Positions 52,725 through 63,559 of a DNA stretch of 64,000 nucleotides are shown here, in pieces. The notes beneath the pieces are model-generated. The model was not told the origin of the DNA, ran no database searches, and saw only the letters and a list, made by a program, of their open reading frames with translations. Each line of letters begins with the position of its first letter. Within the stretch, counting starts at the first letter, position 1. The DNA is from an uncultured Bacteroidales bacterium (GTDB lineage: Bacteria > Bacteroidota > Bacteroidia > Bacteroidales > VadinHA17). The stretch covers positions 362,354-426,353 of the forward strand of contig CAVSYN010000034.1 of NCBI GenBank assembly GCA_963732115.1, in the 5' to 3' direction. The translations under genes and the position numbers were made by a program.

Positions 52725-55702
52725 CGTCTTGGGAAATTTGGATTGTTAGAAGGGGTAGGCTGGGATTCTCTCAGGATATTGGCGATAATCCTGTTCCGTT
52801 CGATGTCCATCTGCGATTTCATCTGCCTGTCGTCCTCTTCATCGAAATAGATGGTCCCGTCAACCATAGTTTTGTTTGCATGCGAATAAACTGAAAGGGG
52901 ATTATCTGTCCATAGTACCAGATCGGCATCCTTGCCCACTTTTATGCTGCCTATCCTGTCGTCGAGATGAAGGATCTTAGCCGGATTAAGAGTTACAAGC
53001 TTAAGCGCTTCGATTTCAGAAATCACCGCCGTACTTTACTACTTTTGCAGCTTCCTGGTTGAGTCTTCTTCCCATTTCGGCATCATCGGAATGCAGGCAT
53101 GTCAGAACACCCTGATTCAGAAGCATTGCTGCATTATAGGCAATTCCTTCATAGACTTCATATTTATAATCCCACCAGTCCGAAAATACTGAAGCAGCCG
53201 CTCCATGTTCCTTTATCTGGTCAGCAATTTTATATCCTTCATTGAAATGAATAAATGTGTTTACTTTCACTCCGAAGTCCCTGGCAATATCCATCAGCAT
53301 GGTTCCTTCCGATTGAACGTAAGTATGACAGGTAATAAAGCTCCGTTTTTCCAGCACATCAACAAGAGCATCAAGCTCAAGATCGCGTCTGGGAGGTATT
53401 TTACCAACCCGGTCTGCAGGCTTAAGGGCATTCCAGGACTTCCACTTATTGTTATAATCGACTGCCCTCTGGTAAGCATCCCTGATAATCTGTTCCGCTC
53501 CCATCCTTGTATTAGGATACCGGCTGGCTGAACGCTTGACGTTCTCACCAAGGGCATGTTTCAGGAAACCGGGCTGGTTGGCAATTTTCAGCTCCTCAGC
53601 CGGAAGGCCCCACCTGTGTTTGATTATTATCGACTGTCCTCCGATGGGATTTGCTGATCCATGCAGAATGTGAGCCGCAGTGACGCCCCCGGCAAGCTGC
53701 CTGTAAATGGACATATCCTCCGGATCAACAACATCACCTGCCCTGACTTCAGAAGTGATGGCCTGTCCCATTTCATTGGTGGCATCAAGAGCAATATGGG
53801 AATGTTCATCTATCAGACCCGGAGGTAAGATGCATTCCGGTAGCATCAATGACCTTAACGTCCGCCGGCTGAAAGGTTTTTTCCGATTTTCGCTATCTTG
53901 CCCTTTCTGTACCAGAACATCTGTATTCAGAAGATTGCCCTCTTTTTCATTGGTCCAAACAGTGGCATTTTTAAAAAGGACATCTTCCTGAATGGGAAGC
54001 TCAGTCCGGCCATAAGCAGTAAACGGGTGAATGATCTTGCCCAAGGCAGGAACCGGAGGTGAAGGTCTCTTCCGTTGGTCAGGCTCAGTGGCCGGGCTGT
54101 TGTATGCGGCTTTCCAGCTGATCCATTTTCCGTTATCAAGCTGTCCCCTGCCCTCAAGATCTTTTCCTGAGGAATAACCGGTAAGCCTGAACCTGGCACG
54201 TGATCTTTCAAACGTTATGCTTACAAGGTCCTTGTCAGTTGTAAATGTGGCACCTCTGACCTGAATAGTATCATAAGTAAGCTTAACAGTTGGTTTATCA
54301 AATGTTCCGGACAAAACCAATTTGAATTTAACAGTATCGACAGTAAGATCATATGTGCCTCTTAAATCCCTGATCCTCAGGTCAACAAACCTGTAAGGAA
54401 CACCCTGTATCCAATTCTCATAGATTACACAATCATCGTTGAAAATATTTCCTGAGGTTATGAGAAGGTTGGCAATCATGTTCTTTTTTATTGCCCCAAC
54501 AAGGTCACCGGCGCCTATCAGGGATGCTGGTGTGGTTGTCAGCGCTTTAAGAGCTTCAGCTTCGGGAAGTCCGTATTTGACCGCCTTGCGAAGGTTGGTA
54601 AGGAAAGCGTGCGCTGCCTCAGGTCAGATGATGTAATAGCGAAGATGAGTCCTGCTTCAGAAACCTTCGCCAGGTTTGAAGGGGCAAGTTCATAATGTTT
54701 AAGGGTTCCATACGATACAGTTGCAGCATCATATGGATCCTTTACATCCGGAGCTTCGGGGAAGTTTACAGGGATTATAAGTTTGTTGCCTGCCTTTTTT
54801 ATTTCATCCAAAGCCTGGTATTCATCCCCTCCCCCTTTGATTATATAGCTGATGCCAAATTCTTTTCCGATTCTGTCAGCCCGCATCACCTCAAGTTTAT
54901 TGGTTACCTCGAAAACCTGCGGAAGGGCAAGATTTGAAGTATAAGCTTCAAGTCCATTGTCATGAAAATATCCGGGAGGGAGCTGTTTGTACCATTGGGC
55001 ATCATAGTTTACCTGCCTCAGCAATGCAATGATTCCAAATTGTGAAGCAGGATAAATATCCAGCGATCGTGACCTGCCCAGTGTATAGTTTGCGGTTGTT
55101 TTGTTCTTTATAAGAACGCTGTTTGCCTTCCCCTCACCGGTTGTGACAAGCGCTGAGGTTCCCCGGGCAATACCGTCAGTCCTGAAGGTGACAACAGCGC
55201 CAAATCCTGCCTGGCGGTACTCGCCTGCCGTTTTCGTATCAGGTATAAACTCGCTTGAAACATCATATGATGCGTTTATGCCATCATTCCAGTAATCAGC
55301 AATCCTGGGCTCAGTGGTCGGGACAGAGCCCTGCCTGCCGCCCTGCTGCTGGACGATAAAAGCTGCAAAAGGATTAGCATCCGCAGGCTGGGCCTGGGTC
55401 TTTATCCCATAATTACCTGCATATGCATCAACAAGTGATGGATAAACCGTTTTGCCAGTCAGATCAATAATGACAGTGCCTTCAGGGAATGAAAGGTTCT
55501 GTCCGACTGCCTGTATCCTTCCTTCAGAAACAAGAATGTCTGCATTCTCAAGAGTGGTCTGATAATCAACCACCACACGGGCATTTTTAAAGCCATAGAT
55601 CTCAACTCTTCTGTCGCTTACTCCCGCAACAGGACTATTATCCTGCTGACCCGACAGATTAAGCGGAATCAGAAGAAGAAGCAGGTAAAAGTGTTTTCTC
55701 AT
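52721..55702 (-). pseudogene. large (~990 aa) secreted amidohydrolase-family protein, two frameshifts
   Basis: Three colinear ORFs: 54539-55702 (with signal peptide), 53016-54479 (..GLIDEHSHIALD.. metal-binding HxH region) and 52721-53026 (..GSIKVGKDADLVLW..). The frame breaks lie near 54480-54640 and 53016-53026. Confidence 0.75.
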
Positions 55703-55746
55703 GTATTTTAATATTTAGGTTAGTATTGTCGTGTTATTGATTTTCT

Positions 55747-56511
55747 TTAAACTCCTACAATCCTCCGCTTGTATTCTGCCAGAGCTTCATCAAGCCGCTG
55801 CCTTGCTGTTCCATCACCCGTCATGTTGTGCGACGGATGAATATACAGCTTCACACCCCTGTCAGCCAGTATCTCGGCAACTGTGGTAATAGTCATCCAG
55901 ACGCAGGTAATAAACGCCATTGTAGATACAGGGCCTATTTTGTCGGGATGGTTCTTAAGCGTCACGGAAGCATCCTCAAGCGGAGCACATGTATCGACGA
56001 CGAGATCGGCAATATCGAAAATTGTTTTTCCCGATGAATGCCTTGTTTTTTTGCCTTTCGCTGAGGCTGCAGCTCCAAAGACAATAACCTTCATACCCAG
56101 TCGTTTGGCTTCCAGAGCAATATCTATATTGACATTATTAATGCCTGAATGAGAAAAAAGCCACATGATATCTCTTTTATCAAAATCATAGCTTTTCATA
56201 ATCTCTTTCCCGTATCCTTCAACCCGCTCAAGGAAAACAAACTGATGAACTCCCATTTCACCTGTAATACGGGTAAAAAAAGTGAGAGGCAATTCAATCA
56301 TTGGATGAAATCCCACGAATCCGCCGATCCTTGGATACATTTCTTCTATTGGCAGAGTGGCATGTCCGCATCCAAAGGTATGAACCCAGCGGTTGCATTC
56401 AATTGTATCTGCCATTAATTCCGCCGCTTTTCTAATATTTTCTGTCTGAGTTTCCTCAATCCGGGTCATAATTTCCCGGGCGTTTTCGAGCCATTGTTTT
56501 GCTAACATCAT
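55747..56511 (-). CDS. SIS (sugar isomerase) domain protein
   Basis: 254-aa ORF. ..VHTFGCGHATLPIEEMYPRIGGF.. and ..LFSHSGINNVNIDIALEAKRLGMKVIVFGAA.. fit a SIS phosphosugar-binding fold. Confidence 0.7.
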   Translation of the reverse strand: MMLAKQWLENAREIMTRIEETQTENIRKAAELMADTIECNRWVHTFGCGHATLPIEEMYPRIGGFVGFHPMIELPLTFFTRITGEMGVHQFVFLERVEGYGKEIMKSYDFDKRDIMWLFSHSGINNVNIDIALEAKRLGMKVIVFGAAASAKGKKTRHSSGKTIFDIADLVVDTCAPLEDASVTLKNHPDKIGPVSTMAFITCVWMTITTVAEILADRGVKLYIHPSHNMTGDGTARQRLDEALAEYKRRIVGV

Positions 56512-56533
56512 AACTTTATTTTTTAAAGAAGCA

Positions 56534-57701
56534 TTAAGGGCTAAAGCCCTGATCCGGATTAATTCTTTTTAAAATGATCAGGCATAGTATGATCATTATT
56601 ACCGTTTCTGCAAAAGCCACAGTAACCAGGTGGCTTATTCCAAACTTCTCGGAAATGATTCCCATTCCATAATTTACCAGCATATTGCCAATGAGCGCAA
56701 TGAATAAAACAAAGCTGAATGCAGTTCCCGAAATATCCGAATACATTTCCCCGACAAACCCAAGCATAACAGGAAAGCCTCCTGCCAGGCCGGCACCCAG
56801 AAGAAACAAACCAGTCATGACTATTGTAAGTGAAACGCCGGTTTCTATGAGGAGCAAACCAATCAGGATCATTACAAATGATGCAATCAGGATCTTCCTT
56901 ACCGGAATATGCCTCAGTAAGGTACCCGTGAATAACCTCATAATTGCCATACCTGCGACGAACAACGAGAGGGCATAAAGGGCACTGCTTTGTTGGGCTG
57001 AATGCTGGCTTATGAGATAGGTTGTCGTCCAGTTGTTGATAATTCCTTCAAAACTGCTTTGAAAGAACAGGAAGAACGCAATCAGAAGAAGCAGTTTATC
57101 CCTGAAAAATGCTTTACTTTTTACAAGAGGGAATCCCTGCAACTGTTTTGGAGGCGGCAGTTTAATAAGCAGGAACAAAATTGCAACAGTTAATGAGAGC
57201 AGTCCAACTGCAGCAATTATGGTTTCAAAACTAAGGCTGGCTTCAAGAATTCCGAGGATCAAAGGCATCCCAAGCGCTCCGATCCCGAAAAAGACTCCCA
57301 GCAGGCTCAGGTTGGCTCCCTTGCCAATTTCGCTTATATCAGAAACCATGGCATTTGTTGCCCCGTTCACCGCTCCACCACCCAGTCCGATAAGAAAAAT
57401 GTAAACTTTAAGGAGACCCTGCATCCTCTGCAATTGCAATGCCTCCGAATCCTGCTGATAAGAAACCACAGGAAACTGAGAGAAGGACTTTATATCCAAA
57501 CCTGTCGACTATTGGGCCAAACAGTAATGATCCTACCAGAACCCCAAAAGGCAAAACAGAAAACATTGCCCCTGCGTCTATTTCACCAAGATGAAGTTTT
57601 TCTTTAAGGTCCGGTGCAAGAGATCCCAGCGAAATAAGCGCTATTCCGAACAGGAGCATTCCAAGGCAGGCGGACCAGAAAACCAGTTTTTTATTATACA
57701 T
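56534..57701 (-). pseudogene. MFS sugar transporter, one frameshift
   Basis: The N-terminal ORF 57408-57701 (MYNKKLVFWSACLGMLLFGIALISLGSLAP..GPIVDRFGYK) overlaps the ORF 56534-57499, which lies in another frame and supplies the remaining TM helices. The total is ~390 aa. Confidence 0.75.
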
Positions 57702-57722
57702 CCGGCTTATAGTTCATGTTAA

Positions 57723-58674
57723 TCATAGTAAGTTCTTTAAAGCCAGGTATGCTGCTCCGTACACTCCTGCATCGCCCTCAAGCCCTGATGATTCAATTGT
57801 TACCTTTTTAATGCTTATTGGCTGTGCCCATTTTTCGGCTTCCTGCCTGATTAAAGGTATTAATTTCACTGCTGGTCCGAACACTCCCCCTCCGAAAATA
57901 ATCTTTTCGGGATTGAAAAGGCTTACAAGGTTTGCTACGGCCATACCCCAGAATTCTATACATTGCCGCACAACTTTCAAAGCCAGCAGGTCGCTATTTT
58001 CATAAGCTGCGAATACATCATTCGGGTTGATCGCTGCTATGGCTTTCTTCTTAAGCTCGCCATTATATGATTTATCCTCCTTTATCAGGTTCGCTGCTAT
58101 TCCGGCTATTCCTCTTCCTGAGGCGTAGTATTCAAAGCATCCGCAATCAGTATATTTGTTTTCAAAGGGTCGGGAAAGGGCCATCCATCCTATAGCGCCT
58201 GCAATATCATTACTTCCTCGAAGAATTTTACCATCTGCAAGAATACCTGCTCCGATCCCGGTTCCAACTGAAAGAAAAATAACGTCCCTGCAACCTTTTG
58301 CATTCCCCTGCCATGATTCTCCAAGAACATAACATGCCCTGTCGCTGTCGATAACAACCGGTATTTTTTCTGAGATGCCCTTCACCTCGGCAAGCAGAGG
58401 ATATTCAGTCCATCCCGGAATATTGGGTGCCCATACAGTATTCCTGTCCGGAATTGCTGATGCCGGGAACAGACAGGCCGATCGATTTGACTTTGTCCCT
58501 TTGCTTTTCAGCTGACCTTATCATAACCAGAATCTTATCGGTAATAAGCTTACCAACTTCAGGCCCCTGACGGTTACCTAAGTTAGCCTTATCGCGGAAC
58601 AATATTTTCCCTTCCTCATTGAACAAGGCTGCAGCCAGCTTTGTACCTCCCAGATCAATTCCTAAAATAGACAT
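57723..58674 (-). pseudogene. ROK-family sugar kinase, one frameshift
   Basis: The N-terminal ORF 58405-58674 begins MSILGIDLGGTKLAAALF (ATP-binding DxGGT). ORF 57723-58385 has ..VGTGIGAGILADGKILRGSNDIAGAIGW..CGCFEYYASG... The break lies near 58385-58440. Confidence 0.8.
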
Positions 58675-58704
58675 CTAGTCAACTTGGTTTTAATCAGTAT
58701 TAAT

Positions 58705-58781
58705 GTTGCTGGTTGCTTGTTGCTAGTTGCTTGTTTTCTTAACAACCAGGAACCAGGAACCAGTAACCAGTAACAAGCAAC
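58705..58781. repeat. palindromic pair of heptamer tandem tracts
   Basis: The left tract is GTTGCTG GTTGCTT GTTGCTA GTTGCTT GTT. After the spacer TTCTTAAC comes AACCAGG AACCAGG AACCAGT AACCAGT AACAAGC AAC. The two tracts are imperfect reverse complements and could form a long hairpin. The element is intergenic between the deacetylase and ROK genes. Confidence 0.8.
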
Positions 58782-58787
58782 TTCAAT

Positions 58788-59651
58788 TCAAAACTCATCT
58801 ACTCTGACAAATTGATAACCGCGATCCTTAAGTTCTTTAATCAGACTGGGAAGGTAAAAATAAAACTTATCGGTCCGACGGGGATCTGTACCGATATGAA
58901 CAAGAAGTATAAAACCGTTAAGGCCGCCAGAGGACTCATGTTCGAAAGTCAGGATTGAATTGTAGATTGTCTTGCTGTCAACGTACCTCTTCCCCATTTC
59001 AGGATAAGAATAATCCGCATTGCTTCCGGTGCCGGGGGTGAAGTTAACAAGCTGCAATCCTGACTGCCGGGTCCAGGTTGCAATGGAATCATTGTACCAT
59101 TCATAAGGCGGCAGAAAATAATGTGCTTGTAAGGAAGTGATCCCGAACTTTTTCAATTCAGCATATGAATCCTGAATATCTTTTAAAAACTCTTGCCTGG
59201 TAACCAGGAGAGAATCTCTTTTTGTCCAGTCACAATAGAGTAAATGCTTGTCCGAATGAGAACCAAGATAATTGCTATTCTCTATTAATTTCTTAATTAC
59301 AGGTCCGAATTCCCTGTTGCGGTAAAAATCACCAGTCAGAAAAAACGAGGCCTCTATTTTCTCTTCTTTTAATGTATTTGCAATGAAATCGCCTCCGTCA
59401 GCAAATTCATCACCGGTAAAGACCATTGCGATATTCTTTTCAGTTGTGTCTCCACGGATAACGGCACCGAATGATGTAATTGTAAGATTGCTTCCTTTGC
59501 AGGAGACTGCAAGAATTAGGAGGAAGATGATCCCGTAATATATGCTAAAATGATTTGATTTCTCCATCAATACACACCATCCTGACTTCATAGTCTTTAT
59601 TAAAAAGTACAAGATCAGCTTTATATCCTTTTTCGATTCTGCCCTTGTCAT
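58788..59651 (-). CDS. polysaccharide deacetylase-family protein (CE4-like), secreted
   Basis: The probable start is 59567 (MEKSNHFSIYYGIIFLLILAVSC), overlapping the nagA stop. ..IAMVFTGDEFADGGDFIANTLKEEKIEASFFLTGDFYRN..GSHSDKHLLY.. matches this family. Confidence 0.7.
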   Translation of the reverse strand: MTRAESKKDIKLILYFLIKTMKSGWCVLMEKSNHFSIYYGIIFLLILAVSCKGSNLTITSFGAVIRGDTTEKNIAMVFTGDEFADGGDFIANTLKEEKIEASFFLTGDFYRNREFGPVIKKLIENSNYLGSHSDKHLLYCDWTKRDSLLVTRQEFLKDIQDSYAELKKFGITSLQAHYFLPPYEWYNDSIATWTRQSGLQLVNFTPGTGSNADYSYPEMGKRYVDSKTIYNSILTFEHESSGGLNGFILLVHIGTDPRRTDKFYFYLPSLIKELKDRGYQFVRVDEF

Positions 59652-60654
59652 GCATTTTCATTAACCTCGCAGGATACGCAGACGCCATTCTCAGGGCCTC
59701 ATCCAAAGATATCCCAACATGCTCGACACTATTTTTCACAGCTTTCAACATTGTAAGCAGGGACCCCGACAATGTACCATCAGGCAAGGTAAAACGGTCG
59801 GTCTGGCGGACATGCTGATATACTCCTTTCAGATTCTGCTCAACTGCATCCGATATAAGGAATAACCTTTCCTTCATTAGTTTCCTGGCAATTGATACAA
59901 CATTGTAATTGACATGCAATCCGTCAACTATTATGCTTGCAAAAGCCTTCTCACTCTGGAATGCGGCTCCGGGCAGTCCGGGATCACGATGATGCATTTG
60001 CGACATGGCATTGAACAAATGGGTGGTGGTGGAGATCCCCCATTCATAACCTTTCATAGCTTCACTAAATGTCGCATTACTGTGACCGGCAGCCACCACA
60101 ACACCATTGTCAATCAATAATTTAATGATATCGCGGTTGCAGACTTCCGGTGCCACTGTCATCATTTTAATTACTCCGCCGGCTTCCGCCAGCAAAGCTT
60201 TAATTTCCTCAGGTTCAGGAGGTTTAATGTAGTTCTTCATATGCGCCCCTCTCCTCGAAGTGCTTATGTAAGGTCCTTCAAAATGCAGCCCAAGTACCGC
60301 AGGATGAGGATTCTCTTTCACAATGCGTATAACTTCATGATATACCTCAGGCGTATTTGTTGGCATAGCAATAAGAAAACCTGTTGTACCGCTATCTGTT
60401 ATGCTTTTGGTAATTGCCCTCAATGCTTCTGCTGTCGGGCTGGATGAAAAAAGATAACCACCACCTCCTGCAATTTGGAGGTCGATGAGACCCGGAGCCA
60501 GGCAATTGTTCCCGCAATCGATTACCGTGGTATCTTCCGGAACTGATTTAGAATCAATTAGGGCTTCAATCCTGTTATCGTTTATCAGAACTGCTTTTCC
60601 AGTTATTTTTTCACTACCCGTATAGATAGTGGCGTTTGTAAAAGCTTTTAGCAT
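59545..60654 (-). CDS. nagA: N-acetylglucosamine-6-phosphate deacetylase
   Basis: 369-aa ORF with ..APGLIDLQIAGGGGYLF.., ..HFEGPYIS.., ..AAGHSNATF.., ..TTHLFNAMS.. and ..ISDAV.., the NagA pattern. Confidence 0.85.
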   Translation of the reverse strand: MLKAFTNATIYTGSEKITGKAVLINDNRIEALIDSKSVPEDTTVIDCGNNCLAPGLIDLQIAGGGGYLFSSSPTAEALRAITKSITDSGTTGFLIAMPTNTPEVYHEVIRIVKENPHPAVLGLHFEGPYISTSRRGAHMKNYIKPPEPEEIKALLAEAGGVIKMMTVAPEVCNRDIIKLLIDNGVVVAAGHSNATFSEAMKGYEWGISTTTHLFNAMSQMHHRDPGLPGAAFQSEKAFASIIVDGLHVNYNVVSIARKLMKERLFLISDAVEQNLKGVYQHVRQTDRFTLPDGTLSGSLLTMLKAVKNSVEHVGISLDEALRMASAYPARLMKMHDKGRIEKGYKADLVLFNKDYEVRMVCIDGEIKSF

Positions 60655-60675
60655 AATATTTTATAAATCATTTAA

Positions 60676-60774
60676 CCACGGTGTTACACGAAGTTTCACC
60701 GTGAAATACACGGAGTAAAGCAGGTAATACAAAAAATAGTAAGACTCCGTTAAAACTCTGTGCGACTCCGTGGC
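60676..60774. repeat. intergenic CACGG(T/A)G-type hairpin repeat
   Basis: One hairpin pairs CACGGTG (60678) with CACCGTG (60697). Another pairs CACGGAGT (60709) with ACTCCGTG (60765), with an extra ACTCCGT at 60744. It lies between the GH2 stop and the nagA start. Confidence 0.55.
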
Positions 60775-60785
60775 TGATAAAAATT

Positions 60786-63559
60786 TCAGAAGTAACTCCT
60801 TTCCTCCACATTCCAACCAGTTACTTTCAGAGAACGAACTGAATTGCCCAGGCTTGCCAGAGGGCAGGTTACATTAATAGTTATGCTTTCGTATGGTGCC
60901 AGCGTGAAATAACTTTCTGACCAGAAACTGGGAAGCACTTCTTTTCCACCGGCCATTACCTGCGGTCGTATGAAAAATGCGATTTTATCGGAGGAGTTTG
61001 TGATCCGTACTGTCCACTTATCATTGACCTTGCTGTTTTCAGTCTTAAGGATACTTGCATTCACTGAGGTTATTTCCATTTTGTTCAGTGGCTTGTAATC
61101 ACCATCCGATGCAATCCAATAAGTATTATGCGAGATCACTTTGCCCGAACGATCCTTTATCCGGAGCACAATGAATGTTACCCCTTTTGATCCTTCAAGA
61201 ACCTTATCGAGGGAGATTGACTCCTTAACATCGGTAGGTCCGAGGTTTACATCAGATGATTCATGGAATATTGATTTTGATTCAAGGTTGTAAACATCAG
61301 CTATGGCAATCAGGTTTGAAACTGGCTTATAAGTCCTGTTGAGGACAGTTACCTTTTTATCTACCGGATTCAGCTGAATATGAACCGGTTCACACGCGTT
61401 TTGCATGAAATAATACCCTGCGTTGGGCATAAGGAACCAGTCATAAACCTGCCATACAACACTCGGGAAAGCGGCATTAATTTTCCAAAGCATAACGCCG
61501 CCTATGTCATTCAGCTTATGCCCTGCAGCTTCAAATATTCCCTGGTAACCGATGGCATTCATTAGCTGCATTTTGTTGCAGAAGTCTTCCATGCTTTCCG
61601 GCTCTCCGTAGCGTTTAACCATTTCCCTGTAGTATTGCTCCCAGTGTCCATTCCCCGAACAGGCATCATGATAACCCCACGTATGGTTTAAAGGGAAAGG
61701 CAGAGTTTTATCCCAGACAAGGTCCGGGACTATTTGAGGCATGATGTTAAAGGGCTGCATTGAGGGTAAGTCCGGTCTCATCCTTGAAAACCCAGTCACG
61801 CCCGGCAATTGCCCTGTTATAAGTACTTTTCGGATCCTGCCAGGTATAAGGACCGCCGCTGTAAACGCCCCCTGGAAGATTGTCGGGCCATGAACCGGGC
61901 CAGCCCTCAGGAAGCTTTGCAAATCCGGAGGAGCTGGGGATGAATGGTCTTGAACCATCGAGGGAGATAATACTGTTCCTCATAAAATCATACAGTTCCC
62001 TGCGTGCATGGCCCTCATTGCCTCCCGTCCAAACCAGCAGGCTTGGATGGTTTCTTATCCTCAGTATTGTACTTGTCACATTCTTTTTGAAAACTTCACT
62101 CTCAAATGGCCACTCAGGAGATCCTTTGAATTCCCCCTGGGTGTCGCCTGTTATCCAGAAATCGGACCAGACCATTAATCCGTATCTGTCGGCAGCTTCA
62201 AAGAACTCGTCACAGGGAGTTACTCCTCCTCCCCATATCCTTACCAGGTTTATGTTTGCATTGCGGCAAAGCCTCATTTCATAATCATATCTCAGCGAAT
62301 CGCGGTTAAGCATAAAATCAGGGACCCATGCTCCGCCGGTAATGTGTACTTTCCTGCCGTTCACGTAAAAATCACGCCTCCAGCTTCCTTTAACATCAAC
62401 AGCCTTTGAAGCGACAGTTCTGATGCCAAATAAAAAGGTTGTGTCGTCCGAAATGGCTGAACCGCTGCTATACTGCAACCTGATCCTGTAAAGGTTTGGT
62501 TTTCCATACCCGTTCGGCCACCAGACTGCGGGCTTAAGAATGTTGAGTTCTTTAGAATTTGCTGCATTCAGTTCAATAACATTTGAATTATTCTGACCCA
62601 CAATCACATTTCTTGTAAACTGAATTGACTTCCCTTTAAAGTTTTCCGGTGAAATACTTACAGTAAGCCGGCCTGCATCATTGGCACGCTGAATGATTGA
62701 ATAATGTCAGGCTCAGTGAGAGTTTTGCTGCAGATGTATCCTGCTCTCCCGAAAATTCAGTTGTTATTTTTGGATTACCTATAGTAACTCCACCGGTGGT
62801 CCTGAGATAAATTGGCAGCCATATTCCAATATTCCGGTCGCGGACAGGTGGAACCCAGTCCCACCCTACTGAACATAGCATTGTAACATTTTTACCGATA
62901 TCGCCTGTGGGTCCGCCATTGGGATAAAAATCTCCAAGCGCTTCAAGTTGTTCTGTCGAAGGCAATCCGGGATAATCGAGCGGATAGATTTTTACGGCAA
63001 GTGCATTTTTTGAACCTGCCTTTATAAGCTTGGTGACATCGAGACTATACTGAGCAAACATTCCGGCCATCTGTGTGGAATCAGCAATCTGAATACCATT
63101 TACCCACACACCAGCCCGGTAATTTATGCCTTTGAATACCAGCTGGAAACGCTGTCCCTTATCTGTTGAAGGCACCTCAAATGTTGTCCGGTACCAGTAT
63201 GGCTTTTTCCACGGGTTGGGATCATTGGGAAGATAGCTGTATTGTTCAAGCTTGTATTTTTTATTGAATTCATCCGAAGCATCCGGTATAAGCATATTGT
63301 TCATGCCGTAATTGGGATCGGGATAAACTCCGTTTGCCACAAGGCCTGATAGTACCGTCGATGGTACCTTCACCGGGAACCAGTACACCTTTGATTTATA
63401 ATCCGGTAATGATAATTCTTCGCCGGCTTCCGAAACCACGGAGGATGACTGCAATTCAAATTGAGTCAGTTTCACCTGTTTCACCGTGCCGGATTGTGAA
63501 AAAGCCGGGAGTGCCATTACAAATGAGAGACAGGTTAGAATGCTGATTGTATTCTTCAT
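60786..63559 (-). pseudogene. glycoside hydrolase family 2 (exo-beta-D-glucosaminidase / beta-mannosidase-like), two frameshifts
   Basis: Three colinear ORFs:
- 62678-63559 has a signal peptide and ..GVYPDPNYGMNNMLIP..VGWDWVPPVRDRNIGIW...
- 61747-62607 has ..NLVRIWGGGV..WSDFWITGD..LLVWTGGNEG...
- 60786-61958 holds the C-terminal beta-sandwich domains.
The breaks lie near 62610-62680 and 61750-61960. Confidence 0.8.
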
